Part shown: piece after piece, positions 63,371 to 64,000 of the stretch
Layout: the number at the start of each line of letters is the position of its first letter
Numbering within the stretch: the first letter of the stretch is position 1
Origin: Curvularia clavata
Lineage: Eukaryota
Reading direction: 5' to 3'
Assembly: GCA_023920165.1 (NCBI GenBank)
Contig: CP089276.1
Location: forward strand, 558,001-622,000
DNA: 64,000 nucleotides
Program-made: the position numbers and the translations under genes
The notes under the pieces: model-generated
What the model saw: only the letters and a program-made list of their open reading frames with translations
Databases searched by the model: none
Told to the model about the DNA's origin: nothing

Positions 63371-64000
63371 AAATTAGGGGTAGTAATTCGTTTCAACAAC
63401 CAGTTGAGTAACGTACGATATCTGGATCAAGGTAGGTTTTGGAAATACTCATTCAAAATGAATACGAGCTGTTCCTTGTTCCTGCAAAAATCGTCCCGTG
63501 GGCTGCTTTCGCAGCTGCTACGCCTAATCCTCGCTATCGCCAGAGCATGTGGTCCCACTATGACCCATGTTGTTCTAGAACAAGCTCATGCTCCCCATGT
63601 CAGACTTTGTGGATGAGTACCGAGGTGCAGATTGCCAGGACCACAACGCCCGGCAGTTGAAATAAGCCGGACCGGGATTGGTCGGTCATAGCTTGTCAAG
63701 CTTTTGTTTCAGTCATGCTAGGGCACATCATTGAACGCACAGACTGTTGGAGAAAGGCTTGTTGCTGGAGCGAATCATCTTCGCCCTAGAATATTTGAAA
63801 TAGGTAGAGTAGGATGAGCTGATACAACGCTGGCGAAATTGCTCTGCAAACTAAGTAGGCCCGCTCTTAAGCTCGTCAAAACTGCCGTAATCATCCTAGA
63901 ATAAAGGGCTCTCTTCCATACAGCTTTTGTTGTCCCTTTTGAGCTCGTACCCTAATTCAGCTTCCTTTTTGAGTCATTACTTTCACCTCGCCGCGCTAGA

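Noticed and set aside
63560..63660. Minus-strand peptide GRCGPGNLHL resembling a pyruvate oxidase motif
   Set aside because: Short, flanked by stops, and the surrounding sequence does not match; probably coincidence.

Overview
Gene-dense, intron-rich eukaryotic DNA from a filamentous ascomycete, most likely a Dothideomycete (Pleosporales-like; inferred from protein style and short GT-AG introns with CTRAC branch sites). About 30 protein-coding genes can be reconstructed. Most are housekeeping: FMT1, CCZ1, UFD2, RHO1, a GPI-type aspartic protease, NDC1, a PEP12/VAM3 syntaxin, MVD1/ERG19, cytochrome c1 heme lyase, an HLJ1-type DnaJ, CEX1/SCYL1, COA1, NADP-GDH, an aldo-keto reductase, MED5, MCT1 and three SDRs. 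Accessory-looking genes lie at both ends (two HeLo/SesA-like N-terminal-domain proteins, an F-box-like protein, a tannase/feruloyl esterase). The strongest non-coding signal is a ~183-nt box C/D RNA (28747-28929) inside a putative 5'UTR intron. Its D-box guide is complementary to U2 snRNA and predicts 2'-O-methylation at the equivalent of human U2 Um47, which makes it a candidate fungal scaRNA. A second, highly structured long intron in the aldo-keto reductase gene may host an H/ACA-like RNA. No tRNA, rRNA, CRISPR array or intact transposon was seen. Family assignments come from recalled motifs, not database searches.
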